Part shown: positions 59,465 to 64,000 of the stretch, piece by piece
Layout: each line of letters begins with the position of its first letter
Position numbering within the stretch: position 1 is the first letter of the stretch
Assembly: GCA_965205975.1 (NCBI GenBank)
Contig: OZ242195.1
Location: 5,056,001-5,120,000, forward strand
DNA length: 64,000 nt
From: Candidatus Latescibacterota bacterium
GTDB lineage: Bacteria > Latescibacterota > UBA2968
Direction: 5' to 3'
Notes under the pieces: model-generated
What the model was told of the DNA's origin: nothing
Seen by the model: the letters and a program-made list of their open reading frames with translations, nothing else
Database searches by the model: none
Position numbers and translations under genes: made by a program

Positions 59465-60736
59465 ATGTTAAAAAATAAAAAAAATAGACGCCCTGTTGCG
59501 GGTGCATTGATGGTTGGATTTGCAGCGAGTTTTTTGTTGTGTGGTTATGAGTTTGTGCGGAGTGTATCCACGTCGTTGTTCATTGGCGCGTATGGGGCGC
59601 ACAATTTGCCTTTTGTGATGACGCTGGCGCCTCTGGGTACGTTCGGTATGGTTTGGATGTACGGGGTGTTGTTGTCGCGGTTTGGGTCGCGGCAGACTTT
59701 GTTTTTGACGTCGGTGCTTTCGGGTGGGGGTATTCTGGCGTGTTATGGGGGGATTTTATCTGGTTTTCATCCGGCGGTAGGGGTGTTATATGTGCTGCGC
59801 GAAGCGTATATTGTGCTGATTATTGAACAGTACTGGTCGTTTATCAATAGCGTCTTGCGCGATGATCAGGGGCGAAAGTACAATGGGCCGATCTGTGGTA
59901 TTGCGTCGGTGGGTGCGATTTGTGGGGGTTTGATTGTAGGACAAACGGCGCAGGTGATAGGCAGTGAACATCTGCTGATTTTTGCAGGGTTATCGCTTTT
60001 GCCAGCAGCCGTTCTGGCGTGGTGGGCGTATGGTCTTGGAGGGGTGCCAGTTCAGGAGCCGGAAAAGCGGGGTAAGCTGGCATTGGGTTTGTTTCGGGAA
60101 ACTCCGACTTTGCGCTATCTCGCGGGTTTGATTTTTGTCACGCAGATGGTGTCGGCAGTGCTGGATCTGCGGTTCAGTGGGCTGGTGGAAACGGCTTTGC
60201 CGATGCAGGATGAACGCACCGCTTATTTGGGGTATTTTTATGCGTTGTTGAATGCCTGTGCATTTGTGTTTCAGTTTGGCGTTGCGCCCCTGTTGTTGCA
60301 CTTTGTGTCGTTGCGAACTGCTCATCTCGGTATTCCGGTGGTTCATTTGATAACGTGTGGGGTGTTGTTGGCATATCCGACTCTGACCACTGGTGCATTG
60401 GCCTATCTGGTGTTTAAGACACTGGATTATTCGGTGTTTCGGGCAGCAAAAGAACTGCTCTATATTCCGCTTTCGTTTGATGCGAGGTACCGGGCAAAAG
60501 AAGTGATCGATGCGTTTGGTTATCGCGCGTCAAAGGGGATGACTTCGGGTTTGATTGCACTGGCGGGGATTATTTCTTACAGGGTTTTCAATATTGGGCG
60601 GTTGCCGGGATCAGTATATCCGCTTGTGGCTTTGGGCGCGTTGGGTGTATGGAGCTGGATCGCGTGGGCAATTACAAGATCGGAGGATGATAGGGGCAGG
60701 CGACTACGGGTTTCAGAGGAAGTTGCCGATTTGTAG
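59465..60736 (+). CDS. TLC/NTT-family nucleotide (ATP/ADP) transporter-like MFS protein
   Basis: About 11-12 TM helices; DYSVFRAAKELLYIPL..RYRAKEVIDAFGYR motif. Confidence 0.7.
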   Translation: MLKNKKNRRPVAGALMVGFAASFLLCGYEFVRSVSTSLFIGAYGAHNLPFVMTLAPLGTFGMVWMYGVLLSRFGSRQTLFLTSVLSGGGILACYGGILSGFHPAVGVLYVLREAYIVLIIEQYWSFINSVLRDDQGRKYNGPICGIASVGAICGGLIVGQTAQVIGSEHLLIFAGLSLLPAAVLAWWAYGLGGVPVQEPEKRGKLALGLFRETPTLRYLAGLIFVTQMVSAVLDLRFSGLVETALPMQDERTAYLGYFYALLNACAFVFQFGVAPLLLHFVSLRTAHLGIPVVHLITCGVLLAYPTLTTGALAYLVFKTLDYSVFRAAKELLYIPLSFDARYRAKEVIDAFGYRASKGMTSGLIALAGIISYRVFNIGRLPGSVYPLVALGALGVWSWIAWAITRSEDDRGRRLRVSEEVADL

Positions 60737-60739
60737 AGC

Positions 60740-60768
60740 TTGACACAAAATGTCAAAACCTCTATTTT
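60740..60768 (+). promoter_or_regulatory. Sigma-70 promoter of the ileS leader
   Basis: TTGACA-N17-TATTTT. Confidence 0.7.
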
Positions 60769-60798
60769 TAACCGCGCTGATAGGAAAAGGATAAAAAT

Positions 60799-60936
60799 AT
60801 GACTACAACCCATCAAACATCTCCACAACTGAAAAAGGGTCCTGCCCAGGTGACAGGTTATCTGACACCGGGCAGTGCCATTGGGGTTATACGTATATAT
60901 GCCGCGGAGACGCTTGTGGGGTGTTGTTTGTCGTAA
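60799..60936 (+). CDS. Putative ileS leader peptide (45 aa, IGVIRI control region)
   Basis: AGGA RBS; Ile codons ATT, ATA, ATA at 60880-60897; stop lies just upstream of the terminator. Confidence 0.55.
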   Translation: MTTTHQTSPQLKKGPAQVTGYLTPGSAIGVIRIYAAETLVGCCLS

Positions 60937-60959
60937 GCTATATACTTTTTGTATGACAC

Positions 60960-60993
60960 ACCGCCAGGGGCGTTTGCCGTGGCGGTTTTTTTT
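60960..60993 (+). terminator. Attenuator terminator upstream of ileS
   Basis: ACCGCCA...TGGCGGT followed by a T-run. Confidence 0.75.
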
Positions 60994-61093
60994 GCAGTAA
61001 TTTGGGGCGGCATTTAACCTGATGGGTGGTGGGGTTGGGGGTATCCTGTTCATCCTTCCATCCTGCCCATCCTGATCCTGACAGGAGTTTTTA

Positions 61094-64000
61094 ATGTTTG
61101 AAAAAGTAGATACAAATGTGAATTTTCCCAAAGAAGAAGAGAAGGTGCTCGCTTTTTGGGATGAGATCAGGGCATTTGAAAAGTCGCTCGAGATCAGAAA
61201 GAATAACGATGAATACGTTTTTTACGATGGGCCGCCTTTTGCGACGGGTTTGCCGCATTACGGACACTTGCTGGCAGGGACGATCAAAGATGTGATCCCG
61301 CGCTATCAAACGATGAATGGCAAATACGTAGATCGCGTCTTTGGATGGGACTGTCACGGCTTGCCCGTAGAATACGAACTCAGCCAGGAATTGGGCTTGA
61401 ATAGCAAAAGTGAGATTGAGGAATACGGGATTGCGGAATACAATGAGGCTTGCCGGGGTATTGTTTTGCGCTATACTGCCGAGTGGCGACAATTTGTCAA
61501 ACGCATTGGCCGCTGGGTGGATTTTGAAAATGGGTATCGCACGATGGACCGCGACTATATGGAGTCTATCTGGTGGGTGTTCAAGCAGCTTTGGGATAAG
61601 GGCTTGATTTACGAAGGGCACAAAATTTTGCCTTACTGCCCCCAGGATGCGACACCTTTGTCCAATTTTGAAGCCAATCAAGGGTATGAGTCCGTGCAGG
61701 ACCCGGCTATTACCGTTGCGTTCAAGCTCAAAGATGAACCGGATACGTATCTGCTGGCGTGGACGACAACGCCCTGGACACTGCCGTCAAATCTGGCTCT
61801 GACCGTGCATGAAGATGTGGATTATGTGTATGTCAAAGATGGGAATGTGACGTACGTTCTCGCTGAGGAGCGTGTGGATACCTATTATCCCTCGGGCAGA
61901 CCCGAGATTGTCAGGACCGTAAAGGGGAAGGAACTTCTCGACTTGCAATACGAACCGCTTTTTCCCTATTTTGAAGATTTGCGTGCCCAGGGGGCGTTCC
62001 GCATTATCACAGCCGAGTTTGTCACGACTGAAGAAGGAACGGGTGTTGTCCACACGGCACCTGGATTTGGCGAAGACGATGCCGAAGCCGGTCGCGTTCA
62101 CGGCGTTCCGTCTGTTTGTCCGATTGATGCCGAATGCCGTTTTACGTCTGAGGTATGTGACTATGAAGGGCGTTTTGTCAAGGATTGTGATGGCGATATT
62201 GTGAATCGGTTAAAGGAAGAGGGCAAGCTCGTTCACCGCTCTACACATCACCACAGTTATCCCCATTGCTGGCGGTGTGAGGCGCCCCTTATTTACAGGG
62301 CGATTTCGACGTGGTTTGTCAATATTGAGAAAATTAAAGAGAAGATGCTCCGTGCAAACGCACAGATCCATTGGGTGCCCGAACATATCAAGGCGGGACG
62401 TTTTGGCAATTGGCTGGAAAATGCGCGGGATTGGGCGATTTCCCGCAATCGCTATTGGGGTTGCCCGCTTCCCCTGTGGCGAAATGAGGAGACGGGTGAG
62501 ACCGTGTGTGTTGGTTCCATCGGTGAGTTGGAGGAACGTACGGGTGGAAAGTTTGACGATATTCACAAGCATTTTATAGATCCCGTAATTATTGAGGGAG
62601 AAACCGGACCTCTTACCCGCGTGCCCGAAGTGCTCGATTGCTGGTTTGAGAGCGGTTCTATGCCTTATGCACAACGCCATTATCCGTTTGAAAATAAAGA
62701 TTGGCTGGACGCGCATTTTCCGGCGGATTTTATCGCTGAGGGATTGGATCAGACGCGCGGCTGGTTTTATACGCTTGTGGTGCTCGGTGCTGCCCTTTTT
62801 GACCGTCCGCCGTTTGAGAATGTCGTGGTCAATGGCATGATCCTGGCCGAAGATGGGCGCAAAATGTCCAAGCGATTGAAGAATTATCCCGATCCGATGC
62901 ATATTATGGATACTTATGGTGCCGACGCTCTGCGTCTCAATATGCTGTCTTCACCTGTGGTGCGCGGTGAAGATCTCGCGTTTTCGGAACAGGGGGTTCA
63001 AAAGACGATGCGCAGCGTCTTACTGCCTTTGTGGAATGCGTACAGTTTTCTCGTTACTTATGCCCGTGTTGATAACTGGCAGCCCACATCGGATCGGTCA
63101 GATCATCCGCTCGATCGCTGGATTCGCGCGCGTTTGAATCATCTGGTGCGCGATATTCGCCAGGGTCTGGATCGGTGTCATTTGCAGACAGCGGCTACGC
63201 GATTTGCAACGTTTATCGATGATATGACCAACTGGTATATCCGACGCAGCCGACGGCGTTTCTGGAAGAGCGATAATGATAGTGATAAATTATCTGCTTA
63301 TGCGACGCTCTACCATGTGCTCTTGACGCTGGTCAAAGCACTGGCGCCTTTCGCGCCGTTTATCACGGAAACGATCTACCGGAATTTGCGCGCGAGCAAT
63401 ATGCCAGAGTCCGTACATCTGTGTGACTATCCCGATGTGATTGAAGCCGATCTCGACGAAAAACTCGAACGACAGATGGCACGCACGCGAACAGCGGTTG
63501 GGTTGGGCAGGTTTTTGCGGAGTCAGGCCAATGCCAGGACCCGGCATCCGTTGCGTACGGCGATTCTGGTGTCTATGCAGGAGGATGTGCGTGCAGATCT
63601 CAGGGCATTACAGGATATTATCGCGGATGAGTTAAATGTGAAAGAGGTGGATATTCGCGACGATGAAGAGGCAGTGGTGACGCTTTCTGCAAAAGCCAAT
63701 TTCAGAGCGTTGGGTCCGCGTTTGGGGAAAAATATGAAGGTGGCAGCGGGGAAGATTGCGGGTCTGAGTTTTGAGGAAATTCAATCTTTGCGCGAGGGTC
63801 ACGCGCTGTCATTGGATTTGGATGGTGCGGATCCCCTGGAACTCACAGTTGATGATATTTTGATTCAGCGAGAGGAGAAGGAAGATATGCCTGTGGCAAA
63901 TGAAGGCGATATTACTGTGGCGCTGGATTTGCACAGAGATGAAAATTTGATACGCGAAGGTCTGGCGCGCGAGATTGTCCATGTGATTCAAAATATCCGC
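61094..64000 (+). CDS. ileS: Isoleucine--tRNA ligase, type 2 (partial, runs off the window)
   Basis: Read directly from the DNA: MFEKVDTNVNFPKEEE, FYDGPPFATGLPHYGH, GWDCHGLP, WTTTPWTLPSN and KMSKR. Confidence 0.96.
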   Translation, partial: MFEKVDTNVNFPKEEEKVLAFWDEIRAFEKSLEIRKNNDEYVFYDGPPFATGLPHYGHLLAGTIKDVIPRYQTMNGKYVDRVFGWDCHGLPVEYELSQELGLNSKSEIEEYGIAEYNEACRGIVLRYTAEWRQFVKRIGRWVDFENGYRTMDRDYMESIWWVFKQLWDKGLIYEGHKILPYCPQDATPLSNFEANQGYESVQDPAITVAFKLKDEPDTYLLAWTTTPWTLPSNLALTVHEDVDYVYVKDGNVTYVLAEERVDTYYPSGRPEIVRTVKGKELLDLQYEPLFPYFEDLRAQGAFRIITAEFVTTEEGTGVVHTAPGFGEDDAEAGRVHGVPSVCPIDAECRFTSEVCDYEGRFVKDCDGDIVNRLKEEGKLVHRSTHHHSYPHCWRCEAPLIYRAISTWFVNIEKIKEKMLRANAQIHWVPEHIKAGRFGNWLENARDWAISRNRYWGCPLPLWRNEETGETVCVGSIGELEERTGGKFDDIHKHFIDPVIIEGETGPLTRVPEVLDCWFESGSMPYAQRHYPFENKDWLDAHFPADFIAEGLDQTRGWFYTLVVLGAALFDRPPFENVVVNGMILAEDGRKMSKRLKNYPDPMHIMDTYGADALRLNMLSSPVVRGEDLAFSEQGVQKTMRSVLLPLWNAYSFLVTYARVDNWQPTSDRSDHPLDRWIRARLNHLVRDIRQGLDRCHLQTAATRFATFIDDMTNWYIRRSRRRFWKSDNDSDKLSAYATLYHVLLTLVKALAPFAPFITETIYRNLRASNMPESVHLCDYPDVIEADLDEKLERQMARTRTAVGLGRFLRSQANARTRHPLRTAILVSMQEDVRADLRALQDIIADELNVKEVDIRDDEEAVVTLSAKANFRALGPRLGKNMKVAAGKIAGLSFEEIQSLREGHALSLDLDGADPLELTVDDILIQREEKEDMPVANEGDITVALDLHRDENLIREGLAREIVHVIQNIR

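Noticed and set aside
60780..61000. T-box riboswitch or SRP RNA in the ileS leader
   Set aside because: No T-box UGGNACC antiterminator motif and no SRP domain IV motif; a leader-peptide model fits better
1..64000. CRISPR array, tRNA/rRNA genes, prophage or anti-phage defence operon
   Set aside because: No regularly spaced repeat-spacer units, cloverleafs, rRNA signatures or phage genes were seen by eye

Overview
Bacterial chromosomal window, about 50% GC by eye. Sulfatases, a TonB-dependent receptor and PorV-family/CTD proteins suggest a Gram-negative FCB-group lineage such as Latescibacterota (tentative). From left to right it carries: an ATP-cone/2-phosphoglycerate-kinase-like gene; two sulfatases and an Ldh_2 oxidoreductase; a K+ channel; an apparently inserted TolC/MFP/RND cassette; ppk1; a Pho-box-controlled porin-pstSCAB-phoU operon followed by a candidate sRNA; NUDIX-coxDEF-like genes; two paralogous 'large secreted CTD protein + dedicated PorV-like barrel' modules; two sigma-54 activators with a shared enhancer motif; pspA; a large ion/mechanosensitive-channel cluster with a voltage-sensor-AAA+ fusion gene split by an ISAba1-like IS4 element; rimB-rimK-aspartoacylase; a degenerate 5'-nucleotidase-beta-barrel fusion; higBA with a damaged toxin 5' end; an NTT/TLC-like transporter; and ileS (runs off the end) preceded by a candidate Ile leader-peptide attenuator. 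Product calls come from motif recognition by eye; no database searches were run.
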